DNA of 64,000 nt from Gracilinanus agilis (GCF_016433145.1 NC_058130.1:166134698-166198697), one strand, 5' to 3'; shown: positions 38,601-50,454, numbered from the stretch's first letter. The notes: generated by a model not told the origin, from the letters alone. Translations and numbers: made by a program.

Positions 38601-41600
38601 GGGACTACGCTAAATACTTGGGAATACTATCTCATTAAATCCTTACCCAAAAGGTAGGTGCTATTACCCATTTAACAGCTGAGGAAACTGAAGCAGACAG
38701 AGGTTAATCGATTTGCCCACACAGCTGGAGTCTAAGGCTGGGTTTGAACTCAGGTCTTCCTGACTCTAGACCTAACACTCTCTCCACTGTGCCACCCAGG
38801 GTTAGAGAGGCCCCTCAGTTTCTATAGATTATGTAGAAAGCAAACTGAGGTGGATGTGGTTTCTTTCTTTAGTCTCCTCAGATTAGAGGACTGGCCCTGG
38901 GATCACAGGAGAATAAAGACAGAAGGCAGAGCTGGGGTGGGCTGATGAAATGGCAGGTGGAAGACTTTGGGGATGGCTAGGTGGCTCAGCCAGGCCTGGA
39001 TTCAGGAGAATCTGGGTCCAAATCTGGCCTAAGACTCTTCCTAGCTGTGTGATCCTGGGCAAATCACTTAACCCTCATTGCCTAGCCCTTACCAATCTTC
39101 TGTCTTAGAATTGATACTAAGAGGGGCAGCTAGGTGTCACAGTGATTTGAAAGCCAGGCCTAGAGACAATAAATTTGGGGTTAAAATTTGGCCTTAGACC
39201 TTTCCTAGCTATGTGACCCTGGGCACACTCCCTCATTGCCTAGCCCTTACCACTCTTCTGCCTTGGAATCCATATACAGTATTGATTCTAAGATAGAAGG
39301 AAAGAGTTAAAAAAAACAAAACTGATATCAAGACAGAAAGTAAGGGTTTTATTTAAACATTAATTTACATAATTTATATTATATATATCATATATTATAT
39401 AATAATAAGCATTACATATTATTATATACTATATATTATAATAAACATAATATATTATAAAAATAATAATAAACATTAAATAAACAAATGATTAATAATT
39501 AATAATTTTTTTAAATTAAAATTTTAAAAAAAGGGGGGGAAGAGAAGACATCGGAGGCAAAGTGGAAAGAGGTCAGGAGAGAGGCAGCCTATCATAGAAA
39601 TAAAAACCCTCGAAGAAGAACTAGACAAAAGACTTGGGTTGTTGCCCCTGTTCCACCACTAACTTGCTATTTGACCTGGAAGAGATATTCTCATTATAAC
39701 ACTTTTTTCCCCATGTGTAGAATGAAAGTCATAGCCTAGAAAGCTCTGAATTCTCTTTGAACTTTGTATTCCCCCCACCTAGTGCTGAGATGCCCTGTAG
39801 TTACCACTACACAAACGCTCAATGACTACTTTTAGCTCTGATAGTCTACTATGCTATAGCTGGAGCTGGTGAGGAGAGGGAGAAACCAATACCTGCCAGT
39901 CTGGAGACACCTGCTGGCCAGCAGGTGCTTGGCCTGGCTCTGGGTCCCACAGTAAAGGGAGGACTCAGGACGGAGGGCAGTGATGAGCAATTCTACTCCA
40001 AGAGGGAACAAGGGTGGTCTGGAGCTGTGGGGGATGCTCAAAGCCTGCGGGAAACAGCAGATGGTAGAAAAGGGGCCATAGAATGGGGCTGCATTCCTGT
40101 CTTATTCCTGAAGATGTCACCCCCTGCCAACCTTTGGAGCCAGAGGCCTCCCTGTTCCTTCTAAAGCCCTGCCTCCCTCCAGCACCCAAACTCCAGACCA
40201 TCTGATCAGAGCAGATGGAGAGAGACTGTCCAGGTTATGTGGAGCAAAGAGAAAGCCCAGCTCCACAGCAGCAGCCTGGACCCACAAGCCCAGGTGCTCA
40301 CCTCCACCAGGAGCTTCAAGCTGTCCAGCTCAGCTGTGGTGTGGCCAAGCTGCCGATATAGTCGGGCAGCCTCTAGGAGAGGGGGCCCTGGGGCTAGGCC
40401 TGCCTTCAAGGCTTCCAGAAGATGCAGGAGTGCCCTCTGCGGATGGCCCTAGGACAGAGAAAGATGAAAATGGGGAAAAAGACATGAAAACAGGATTCCA
40501 GATTCCTTTCTGAATCCCCTCTCCCAGGAATCCTAGCCCACACAGAAAGCCTCCCAACCTTGTGGTCCCCTCACAACTAAGCATATGAGTCCCTGTATAA
40601 TCTCAGCAGAAAATAACCTCAGAGGCCACTAGTCCACCCACCCAAATCTGAACAAGGATCTTGACTACATCCCCAACATAGGATCATCCAGCTTTAGCTT
40701 GAACACTTCCAGGGATGGGGGCTCAGTACCTCCTGAAGCACCCCATCCACTTTTGGACCTCTATAATTGGAAGGATGCCTTTTCTTCCATTTAAGCCTAA
40801 ATCTGCTTCTGCAGCTTTCACCCAGTATTTCTAGTTTTGCCTTCCAGGAGTTAAAGAATAACTATTTCCTCTTCTAAACGACAGTTCTTCAAATACATGA
40901 AGGCAGTCATCATGTCATGCATGAGGTCCTCTCTCCTCGGGCTACACATCCTCAGATCCTTCACCTCTGTTTAGATATCCTGAAATCAAAGCTCTCTCCC
41001 ACCCTTGTTGCCCTCCTCTGGAGATCTTCCAGTCCTTCCTAAAATGTGTCCCTCAGAATTGCACAGGGTACCCCAAATGTGGTCTGAAGGTCTAGGAACA
41101 GGAAGGCAGCATTGCCTCCCAAGGCCTGGTCACCATTCATCTCTTACTGAGCTCTAACACTGGTGTCCACTCTAAGAGGTCATATCACACTGTTGAGTTG
41201 TACTGGGTCAATAATTCAATAAACATTTATTAAACACCCATTATGTGCAAGGCAATGTGCTGGGTGTTATGGACCGATAAAAATAAGTCCTTGCTCTTAA
41301 TGGAATTTATATAATAATGGAATTTACTATATAAATGTAACATATTTTATATAAAATAATAGAATTTATTTTCTACTGGGTGGGATATGACTATATGTAG
41401 GTGTTTCAGTTAGAGTTCAGCTAGAGTGTTGGGACTGAAGCTAAGAAGGTGAGTTCAAGTCCTGCCAAGTCACTTACTGTCTGTGTGAGTGTGGGCAAGT
41501 TATCTAACCTCTCTCTGCCTCAGTTTCTTCTTCAGTAAAATAGATAATACTAGCATCTACCTCACAGGGTTGTTGTGAAGATAATGTGTGAGAGTATTTT

Positions 41601-44600
41601 TTTAAACAAGTATTCATACATGTATAAAATGTATATGAAATAGGAGAGGGCACTGGTGCAGTGTTTAGAAGGAAGCTCACAAGAGTATACAACATGAAGG
41701 TGAAGAGGGAGTGCACTGCAGACAGAGGGGACCATCTCTGCCAAAGCAGAGACTGCAGTGTTGTGTATGAGAAAGAGCTAAGACAATTTACCTGCAAGGG
41801 AAAGAGTGTTAAGGGATACAACAAAGTAACTGGAAAGGCCCATTAAATAGCGTAGGTCCTTTGTTTTTTTAAACCCTTACCTTCTATCTTAGAATCAATA
41901 CTGTGTACTGATCCAAGGCAGAAGAGCAGTAAGGGCTAGGCAATGGGGGTTAAGTGACTTGCCCAGGGTCACACAGCTAGGAAGTGCCTGAGGCCACATT
42001 TGAACCTAGGACCTCTTGTCTCCAGGCCTGGCTCTCAATCCACTGAGCCACCCAGCTGTCCCTCCAGGTCCTTTTCAAACCATTGTCCAGTCACAACTTC
42101 CCTATCTTGTACTCTTGGACATGTTTCTTTAGACCCCAGTGTCAAACCTCAACTCTGTAAGGATTATATTTCACTTTGCTAAATCTGGCTCTAGCCTATC
42201 TGGATTTTGTTGAATCTTGACTGTTTCACAGTGTGGTAGTTATCTATCCCTTCCAGTTCTGTTTCATCTGCAAATTTGATGTGTGCCACACCCACATCTT
42301 TATCCAGGTTATTATGACAAAAAAACCGTCAAAGAGTTTAGGACTGAGAACAAACCCTTGTGGGCCATTCCATATTTAAACCTTAAATCATTAATTATTC
42401 TTCTTGAGATCTGGTCATTCAACTGAACTGAATTCATCTGCCACCTAGGCTATATTGCTGTATCTTTTCCAAAAACAACAGATTTTTTTCAAAATCTAAG
42501 GATAGTGGGGCAACTAGGTGGCTCAGTGGATAAAGAGGCAGGTGTAGAGATAGGAGATCCTGTGTTCAAATCTAATCTCAGGCACTTCCTACTTGTGTGA
42601 CCCAGGGAAAGTCATTTAACCACCCCACTGCCTAGTTCTTACCTCTCTTTTGCCTTGGAGCCAATACTAAGTATTGATTCTAAGATGGAAGGCAATAGTT
42701 TTAAAAAAAAAAAAAAGCTAAGTATATTTGCATAATTACTCAGTCTAATAGGAAATGGAATTAGTCTGATGTGACCAGTGCCATATGACACTGAGCCACT
42801 TTTCCCCAAAACTAAGGGCCTTTCCCAATTTCTCATTACCATTTTCCGAAGGCAGGCTCCCAGAGCTGTGTGGACTTGGACCAGCACAGGGCGGGGGCAC
42901 AGGCTGAATGCTGCTTTCTGCAAGCTGCTTAAGGCTAATGACAAGTTCCCCATATGAAGCTCATGAAGACCTGTAACATATCAGGAGGGAGATCTTTTGA
43001 GAGGGGCTAGACTTTCGGATGGGAAGTGGAATGAATTTTGAGGTTTCAAGGGAGATTAGAAAGATATTCTCTGCCAAAAAAAAATTTGTTCTTCCAGGAA
43101 AGGGAAATGAAAAAACGGGGAGGTTATGAGCAGAAGAGTCATAGATTTTCCCCAATTCCACTGACCACATAGGTTAGGGGTATGTGCTAGGCAAGAGAAG
43201 AGAGACATGCTTTACAAGAGGAACTCTCTCAGGCTAAGAGAATAAGTAACCCATTTTCCCTCATATCTTAGGGTTGAGTATAAGGGGACAAACCTCTGCC
43301 CACCTTGGTGGAATGCAGCTGTGGTAAGAAGGACATCCTTCAGACTCTTGGCATCCTGTAGGGCCAGTGGAGCATCTGGCTCTTCAAAGGGGGGGTCCCA
43401 CACATGTAGCAGTGACAACAGGTCTTCAGTAAATCCAGGGAGATTAGCACCACTTTCTTTACACTTGTTTAGTGAGAATCAGGGGTCAGATACTTCAAAA
43501 GGTCCAGAAGTCCAACCATCAGCTCCCCTAAGGAACCTCTACTACTGAGCCACAGTGGGAGCTCTCCTCTCAATGACCCAGTTTCACTCCAGCCAGAGCC
43601 CAAAGTTCTTACATCCCGGCCTCCTCCCCAAATATTAGCATCCCAGATTGGGTAAGGTTGATTCAAGAGGTCAACAAAGTGGGGAAGTGGTCAGAATGGA
43701 GAAGGGGAGAATTTATGGAGGGGAACAGGATTGGGGAAAAGAGCCCTGGATACATACTGCCCCTACTTCTCACCTGGCTACTCATCACAGTATGCAAGAG
43801 TATGATGAGGTCTCCAGGACGGTTATCTGTCAGCCATAAGGCCCCCTGTAGGCCCACCAAGTGGTGTAGAGGGGGTAGCATCTCAGAAGGTATGAAGGAG
43901 CTTTGAAAGATGGCCTCCCATAAGTCTCCTGACTTGGGTAGTGGCATGCCCTGGGCATTCAGCACTGTGGTACCATAGACATGGTTAGTGAAAGCATTTA
44001 GAGGGCAAAACAGTTTATATAATCCTTCTTCATGTTACTCCACCCCTTTCACAGAGAAATTGTGACTTTTGCTTCCTCACTGTTCTCTCCAACCTGCCCC
44101 ACAGGAGGGTCTAGCCTCAAAGAGGAGCACAGAAACTGGTCTATTGATAAAAATCATAGGTTGTTGTCCCAAAGACTTCTATAATTGGGGGGAGAGACTC
44201 AGGGAATGGTTGAAAATCTAGCCAATGTTTAAGGAGAGGTTATTGTGAAGTACATGTATTTGGGAGCTGGGAAGTTCCAGGGAAGAGAAAGGATGGGTTG
44301 CTTGGTGGTGGTGGTGGTTGTCAGGATAGTGGATCAATTGGGGAAAGAATCAGTATATGGTGCTCACCTCTTTCCAGGCCCTGCTGGATGTTCAGAACAT
44401 GATCCTTCGTGAATCCCTGGACCAGGCCAACCCCCAGGGTCAGGGTATTACCCAGGACAGTAAGCTCCAGAGGAAGGACAGAGAGAGCTGAGGGGAGCCC
44501 TGATATCATACATTAGGAATCACTAATTTGCTTTTCCAATCAGACTTTATCCCCTGCCTTTCCCCAGTCAAAGTCAGGAAACTCCCCCTTCTAAATAAGT

Positions 44601-45888
44601 GAATTTCTGCCATCTCCACTTAAAAGACCTAGGGCCTAGGTTGTGCCTTATCTCTGGAAACTTGTTCTCCTCCAAATGAGCTACCCACCCCAACTGAGAG
44701 AAACCCCTCTTATTGTACAAAACTGTTCTTGAACAAGTTCAATCAGGGAATTCAGAAACTAGACTTTCTTATTCTGTTTCTAAAAAGAGACAGTTCTTAG
44801 GAGTCCTAGAGACCAAGATCTCTCATCCTTAATCCCCTGCTTCCCCATTTTTATCCCATCCCTACTCCTATCATACCCTGTAGCTTGTGGAGGAGCCCCC
44901 TGAATTCCTCAAGGACGTGAAGAACAGCCTGCTGCTTCAGAAGTTGTCCAGAATCCTGAACCACTACCTGCTAAACATAGAAAGCTGTCACTGGAAGTAC
45001 TCCCACCGCCCCATGGTCCCTAAGACCCTGTGAAAAAGAGAAGACAGAGACTGAGGCCTGAGATGGGTCTAGGGCCTAGAAACTGTTAAGGCTGCTATTT
45101 CACTGGGGAAAATAGAGGAAGGATTCATGGGGGAAATCAAAAGAAGATTCAATGGCAGGATCTCTCAGTTGGAATGGGTCTTAAGTGGTCTGGTAACTGG
45201 GTCAGTGAAGGACTCACAGCAGTCATTAGTAAGGAGACCAATGAAAGGCACAGACTACTCAATGGGGCTGTCAGAAGGAAGACTCTAAGGTATGGGGGGG
45301 GGGAGTTGTTGGGGGGAGGGGAGTTGTGGGAGATGGAGTTTTCAATACAGAGGAAGTTGTCAGTGAAGGAAATCTGCCAGTTCGAGGAATTCAGTGGGGA
45401 GAGCTGTCATGGGGTAGGGGGGGGCAAGCTGTCAGTAAAGGGGAACAGTAGGGGTGGGGAATGGTGGTTGGAGAGGGAGCTCTCTGTGGTGGGGTGGAGT
45501 TGACAGAGGAAGGGGAGCTGTCATTGGGGAAACTATTATAGGGGAGCTATTGGAGGGGAACTATTAGTAAGGGGAGCTTTGGAGAAGTGCTGTCAATGGG
45601 ATGAGTTGTCAGGGAACGGAAGCTGTTAGTGGAGAGGAGCTACTAGTGGGAGGAAGTTGGGCAGGCAGTTTTCAATGCAAGGGAGGTTGTCAATGAGGGG
45701 AAATACCAGTTAGGGAGTCTCAGAAGTGGGGCTACTATGGGCAGGGAGGTGGGGTGTCTCAGTGGATAGAGTAGGGAATTGTAGAAACAGAACTTTACCC
45801 TCCACTGCCGGACCAGACGATCGTTTTCCGCTTTCCAAAGGCCCAGGCAGCCGGGATGCTCCAGTGGCGCGGCGGAGCCTGGAGACAT
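35517..45888 (-). CDS. FANCG: FANCG (XRCC9), TPR-repeat Fanconi anemia core complex subunit, 14 exons, ~660 aa (gene-span entry)
   Basis: Recognisable motifs: [64 protein letters not shown]. Most exon sizes equal the human sizes I recall (91, 132, 131, 147, 152, 67, 124, 109). Position between VCP and PIGO. Confidence 0.95.
35722..35845 (-). CDS. FANCG: FANCG exon 13
   Basis: 124 nt, [31 protein letters not shown]...; GTAAGA donor. Confidence 0.92.
36199..36372 (-). CDS. FANCG: FANCG exon 12 (5' boundary uncertain; in-phase exon starts include 36348, 36372, 36390 and 36483)
   Basis: [36 protein letters not shown], then GTATGG. The strongest acceptor (36357) is out of phase. Confidence 0.6.
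36600..36688 (-). CDS. FANCG: FANCG exon 11 (donor uncertain)
   Basis: tttctag then [10 protein letters not shown]...; best donor G|GTGAGA at 36599. Confidence 0.75.
36726..37136. mobile_element. Old hAT MITE interrupted by a SINE (36801-37000)
   Basis: cagagattcttaacctg...agaacccctg termini; the SINE is flanked by duplicated cagaataat. Related fragments at ~11410-11560 and ~61420-61630. Confidence 0.65.
37246..37589 (-). CDS. FANCG: FANCG exon 10
   Basis: 344 nt, GMKC...VPDIFLETA...CEELLSR...[13 protein letters not shown]...EEFS; ctcttcag/gtgagg. Confidence 0.85.
38222..38288 (-). CDS. FANCG: FANCG exon 9
   Basis: 67 nt, [22 protein letters not shown]. Confidence 0.92.
38970..39350 (+). 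mobile_element. SINE nested in the tail of another SINE (FANCG intron 8)
   Basis: A second head, gaggggcagctagg, starts at ~39122. The first element's tail (gacagaaagtaagggtttt) resumes after it. Confidence 0.75.
39355..39530. repeat. AT-rich low-complexity tract
   Basis: Almost exclusively A/T (tatattatataataataa...); a similar tract lies at ~61490-61560. Confidence 0.85.
39893..40044 (-). CDS. FANCG: FANCG exon 8
   Basis: 152 nt, ALSIPHSS...[19 protein letters not shown]. Confidence 0.94.
40302..40448 (-). CDS. FANCG: FANCG exon 7
   Basis: 147 nt, [17 protein letters not shown]...[14 protein letters not shown]...LKLLVE. Confidence 0.94.
40600..41200 (-). mobile_element. CR1/L3 LINE fragment in FANCG intron 6
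   Basis: ttgaacacttccagggatgggg, gccctcctctggag, ccaaatgtggtctga. Similar pieces at ~4205-4410, ~6780-7500, ~42095-42480, ~49660-50210 and ~62000-62500. Confidence 0.6.
42840..42970 (-). CDS. FANCG: FANCG exon 6
   Basis: 131 nt, [43 protein letters not shown]. Confidence 0.93.
43304..43463 (-). CDS. FANCG: FANCG exon 5 (acceptor inferred)
   Basis: 160 nt, [25 protein letters not shown]...[13 protein letters not shown]. aacaag is the only in-phase AG after an upstream in-frame TGA. Confidence 0.75.
43774..43964 (-). CDS. FANCG: FANCG exon 4
   Basis: 191 nt, LNAQG...[13 protein letters not shown]...MSSQ; accacag/gtgaga. Confidence 0.9.
44368..44499 (-). CDS. FANCG: FANCG exon 3
   Basis: 132 nt, [21 protein letters not shown]...IQQGLER. 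Confidence 0.93.
44877..44967 (-). CDS. FANCG: FANCG exon 2 (tandem TAGCAG acceptor; alternative start 44970)
   Basis: 91 nt, [31 protein letters not shown]. Confidence 0.88.
45280..45760. repeat. G-rich degenerate minisatellite in FANCG intron 1 (unit ~GGGAG(C/T)TGTCA)
   Basis: About 15-17 recognisable variants of (g/a)ag(c/t)tgtca separated by G-runs. Confidence 0.75.
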
Positions 45889-46460
45889 TCTGCCCCGGCT
45901 ACCGCCTGGGGATGTCTCAAGGCTTCTTCAGAGTTCACGTCCGCCCGGGATAGTAAGACGAATACCGATCCGAGGAGACGGCTCAGGGACAACTGTGAGA
46001 TCTGCGCTCAAGCAGGGACCCGCGGGAAGGAAGTTCACACATGCGCAAACCTGAGCTTTGTGCCAGCCCACTTGCGTACTCCACACGCAGGGTGAAGAGG
46101 GGAATTCTCTCCCCGCCCACACAAGCTCCACAGTAGCCTTGGATAGGTCAATCAGTTATAGTCCGTAGCTGTGATTGGCTGTTGAAGAAAGGGCGAAGAC
46201 CGCGGGAAACTTGAGGAAGGAATGGTGGTAGTTCCTCCTCAAGGAAAGGGATAGGAAACCATTAAAGTATGTGCTAGGATGACGTTGTCGGGCCCCCCGG
46301 AAGGTCCCCCTAACACACTACTACTTCCCTTGTGCAGTTTGAAGTAAAGAACCTCGGTCCCTGACCTCCCTCCCTTTCCCGGGCCACGCGGCACAGCATG
46401 CTTCAGGAGCTCACTACTGTTTCAGGGCTTGCTGGGAAGTGTAGTCCTGCGTTTTCAGGC
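45790..46460. promoter_or_regulatory. FANCG CpG-rich promoter and 5' UTR
   Basis: CpG cluster over exon 1; CCAAT (attgg 46174-46178); ZNF143-type motif GGACTACACTTCCCAGC on the - strand at 46431-46447. Confidence 0.8.
45799..45888 (-). CDS. FANCG: FANCG exon 1 coding part
   Basis: 90 nt, [30 protein letters not shown], then GTAAAG. Confidence 0.9.
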
Positions 46461-47204
46461 CTAGCTGTTCTTGGGGAAATCGCTAATTTGCCTTTTGACC
46501 AGGTCGGGTAACAGCCCTTACACCATTCTCCGTCATTCGAATTCCCACTTCTTCCCAGGAAGCAATGTTTTTCTACGCCTTCTAATTATCCCCAATAAAT
46601 CACATATCCCGAGTTTATACTTCCACATTCACCCTATTAATCTAGATTCTGCCATCACCCTACTGAAACTTTCTCCAAATTGACTCTCTAATAGCCAAAT
46701 ATGTTGCCTTGTTCTCAGTACTTGTCCTCTGACCTCTCCACTGCTTCAGTCACTGCAGAGTACCCTCAATCTTAAAAACATCTTCATTTTCATTTTAAAA
46801 TAGTAACAATAAGTAGCATTTATTTAGCATCTATGTGCAATCACTTTATAAATATTATCTCATTTGAATCACAATTCTAGAAGGTAAGTGCTATATTTTA
46901 TCAGCCTCATTCTACAGTTGAGGGAAATGAGGAAGAAAGGTTAAGTGGCTTATCAAATTATAAGCTGCTAAATGTCAGTTATAAATACTAAATACTAAAA
47001 CATTTAAATTCAAAACTTCTTGACTCCAGGCCCAGCACTTCCTCTATCCACTCTAGAAGATAGGCATTCCAAAGGATCACATGAGATATTTGAAAAGAGT
47101 TTTGATGAGAAACCTGGGCTAACTTAGGTGTTTAATAAATGTTCCTTTCCCCAACTGTGACACTGCTTTGTTTAATTCAATCAATGTTATTTATTCAATC
47201 ATGG

Positions 47205-47580
47205 CTAGACCAGCAGTTGTTCTGAAAAGGATCTCGGATTTTGGTGGACTGCAAGCTCAATGTGAGTCAGCAGTATGATGTTACAGCCAGATACCTAATG
47301 CAATCTCTGGCTACATTTAGGAAGAGCACGGGGAGGTGATACTACTGTACTCTGTCCTTATTAAGTTTCATCTAGGGTACAACATTCAGTTTTGGGCACA
47401 GTTTTAAGCAAATGACAAGCTGGAGTGTCCGAAGAGCAGCCATGGACCTTGATTTGATAAAGTATATGGTGAAGCAATTGTGCAAATTTTGCCTAGAGAA
47501 AACTCAGGGGAAGATACGTAACTGTGTTCAAGTATTTGAAGAATTGTCATGTAGGAGAGGAAGTAGATTTGTTCTTTAGC
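47205..47580 (+). mobile_element. CR1/L3 LINE 3' fragment
   Basis: gatctcggattttggtggactgcaagctcaatgtgagtcagcagt...cagttttgggcac...ctcaggggaag is a typical CR1 ORF2 3' end. Confidence 0.7.
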
Positions 47581-48685
47581 CCTGGAGGATTGGTGGTTGT
47601 CCTTTGCATTCAAAGAGGACCAAAATGACATCACTGGTGATATCTTTTGACTCCCTACAATAACAAATTGGATTTCAGTGACGCAGAATTACAGTCATCA
47701 GCCTCACTCTCTCACTGAATCAAATCCAAGGCAAGACAAAAGTCAAGGTGATCGGTGATGGCTGGGGATGCAATAGACAGCCACTTCTTCAATGTCTAAG
47801 CACTCCAGTGTCTGATTCAGCAGGGACACACAACTAGGTAGTCTGAGGTCATATTTGAACCCAGATCCTCCCAACTCCAGGCCTGGCACTCTGCCCACTG
47901 TGTAAAGTAACCACCTGCCCCTGTTGCAATATTTTCTAACCTTTTGTATTCCCCAACAAGATTTTGTACTTTATTTCTTGGGTGATATGTAACCATTGAA
48001 GGTTTCTGAAAAAGTGAGTTACATAGGACTATATTATAGGAAGATCAAGAAAGAAAATATGTAAAATCAATTGGAAAGGGAAATACCAAAGTCAAGAAAC
48101 CAGTTAAGATGCTGTTGCAATAATCCATGGGTGAAGTAATAAATGCTAGAATTAGACTGGCAATAATGGGTATGGAAGGCGGTGATTGGAGAAACATTAC
48201 ACAATATGGACAGCCAGGATTTGGTCACTGACTGGATGTGAGGATCTTGAGAAGTCAAATATTATGTCAGTTTCTCGCCTGAAGGAATGTGTATGCCATT
48301 GATTAGAAAGAGGAAATCACAGATTGACAGAATCTCAAACTTGGAAGAAACCTCAGGCTATCTAATCTAACCTGTACCTAACAGTATTCCCTCTATTACA
48401 TCATCTATAAGTGATCATCCAGACTTTGTCGGATGACTTCTAATGAAGGGAACACAATACTTAATGAGGCAGTCATTCAGTTTGGAATTAACTCTTGATT
48501 ATTAGAAAGTTTCACTAACATCAAACTCAAATCTGATTCTATGACTTCCTCCCTTATCTTTTGGGACCAAGTATTTGGAGATGATCAATACTAGGTTTCT
48601 TTAGGTCAAATAACTGATTCCATAAAGCAATCATATGACTTTAGGAGAAAGCCCCTTACCATGTCAATCACAATCCTGTCTAGAC

Positions 48686-48984
48686 CACTGATGTTGAACC
48701 TATTAAAGATTTTATGCCATGCCCCCCCCCCCCCTTACCCCGAGAGAGAGTGGCCGGAGTGCTCTGCTCTGCCCCAGCCACCTGTGAGCCACCCACCTTC
48801 CCTCCATGTGCTCCTATTGGGCTGCTGGGAGGAGGGGGCAGGTAAAGTGAAAAAATGTAGTCAGGCACAGTGGAGAGGGGGGAAAGAAGCAGCTCCACCC
48901 AAATCCATCTTGGCTTTCTAATGAGGAGGGAGGAGAATGTTCTGCATGCCATCTTTGGCACAGGTCATAGGTTTGCCATCATTG
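48686..48984. mobile_element. hAT MITE, family C
   Basis: Degenerate TIR cactgatgttgaaccta / taggtttgccatcattg; TSD gtctagac/ttctagag. Confidence 0.8.
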
Positions 48985-50454
48985 TTCTAGAGTCTAGACA
49001 ATACAGGTTATCCAAGATCCTTCCTAAAATGTGGTCTCCAGGAAGGAACATGATACTCAGTTCAACAAACATTTAGCTAAAACAGGAAGAGCCCAAGGAG
49101 ACAATCACACTTCCTTGTGTTCTGGAACACTGGAACACACTTGTGATCTAAGAGTATGTTAAGTTAGGTTTTTTAGCTATGCCACACTGTTGATTTTGGG
49201 ATGTAGTCACTAAAAACTGCAGATCTTTTTCACACAAACTGTTTTTTTCAGTTATGCTTCTTTCCATCTTATAATTGGGAATATAATTTTTAAGTATGAT
49301 AAAATTAGCAACTTGTCAATGCAGCTTCTTTAACCCTACCAACTTGCTCTTTTCCATGCAACCTGATAGCCCAGTATACTAGAAGCAGCTTCCTGGTCTA
49401 GAGGCATAAAAGGTCCCAGATGCATGTAAAGGGCACCTCTCAGATTTGGTGTCTGAGAAGTCACTTGTCACTATGCCCCTGTAGAGAAACTAGTGCCACT
49501 GTATCCTTGTTGCCCTATTAAAGCAAAGGAAAATTACTCAGTGACTTATAAGCACCTTATTTTGTCCTAACACTGAACTTGAACTAAGAAAACGCTGGCT
49601 TTATAACTCCTTCTCCACCAGAGCCTCAGACTTTACACTTGTCTATTGGAAGCCTAGAATCACAAATGGAATACATTAGAGGTTATCTAGTACAACTCAT
49701 ACCTTAGCAGAAATATCCTCCATGTCCTTAACAAGTGGTCTTCCATACTAGTTGAAGATTGCCAGTAAAGGGGGATTCAGTACTACAAAGACAGTCCATC
49801 TCACTTTAAGATAGTTCTATTACAAAGTTTTCCCTTTCACTGAGACAAAATGTAGCTTTTCCCTACCTTCATTCTCAGGCCAATCAGAGTAAGTCTGATT
49901 GCTCTACTAGACAATAATTGTCTCCCCTTAACAATATCATATCTCCTTTAGTCTAGAAATCCCCAGTTCCTTCCACTTACTTTCCTTTTTATGGTATGGT
50001 TCTAGGCCACTTCAATATCTTGGTCACTCTCCTCTGGTGCTTATCAATATTCTTTCTAAAATGAAACTTCAGAACTGAACACAAGTATGGTATCACCAGA
50101 GCAATGGAGAAACAATTATCTTTATTGTTGTTGGGGAAAAAAAGATGTTTGTCTTCAGCCTTAAGATCATACTGTTTGCCATTATCTAACTGATTAATTA
50201 ATCTGATCTGATCAAATGGTAAGGCTGAGGGCTCTGGACTGAGTGGTGCTGATTCACAATCCACAAAAGTTCACCCTTGTAATGGGCATTTTCTTTTAAA
50301 TGGACCTTGAATATCATAACATGAATAATCAAGGGCATCAGCTTGGAGGAAGCAGAAGGAGCACAGAAGTCATGGGTCACAACTTGAAGAAAGAGAAAAG
50401 TAACATCCATGTATCATGCAACTCCAGAATGGCATTTATTTATGTTTGTTTTTG

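Noticed and set aside
45174-45503. 109-aa Gly-rich plus-strand ORF in FANCG intron 1
   Set aside because: By-product of the G-rich minisatellite.
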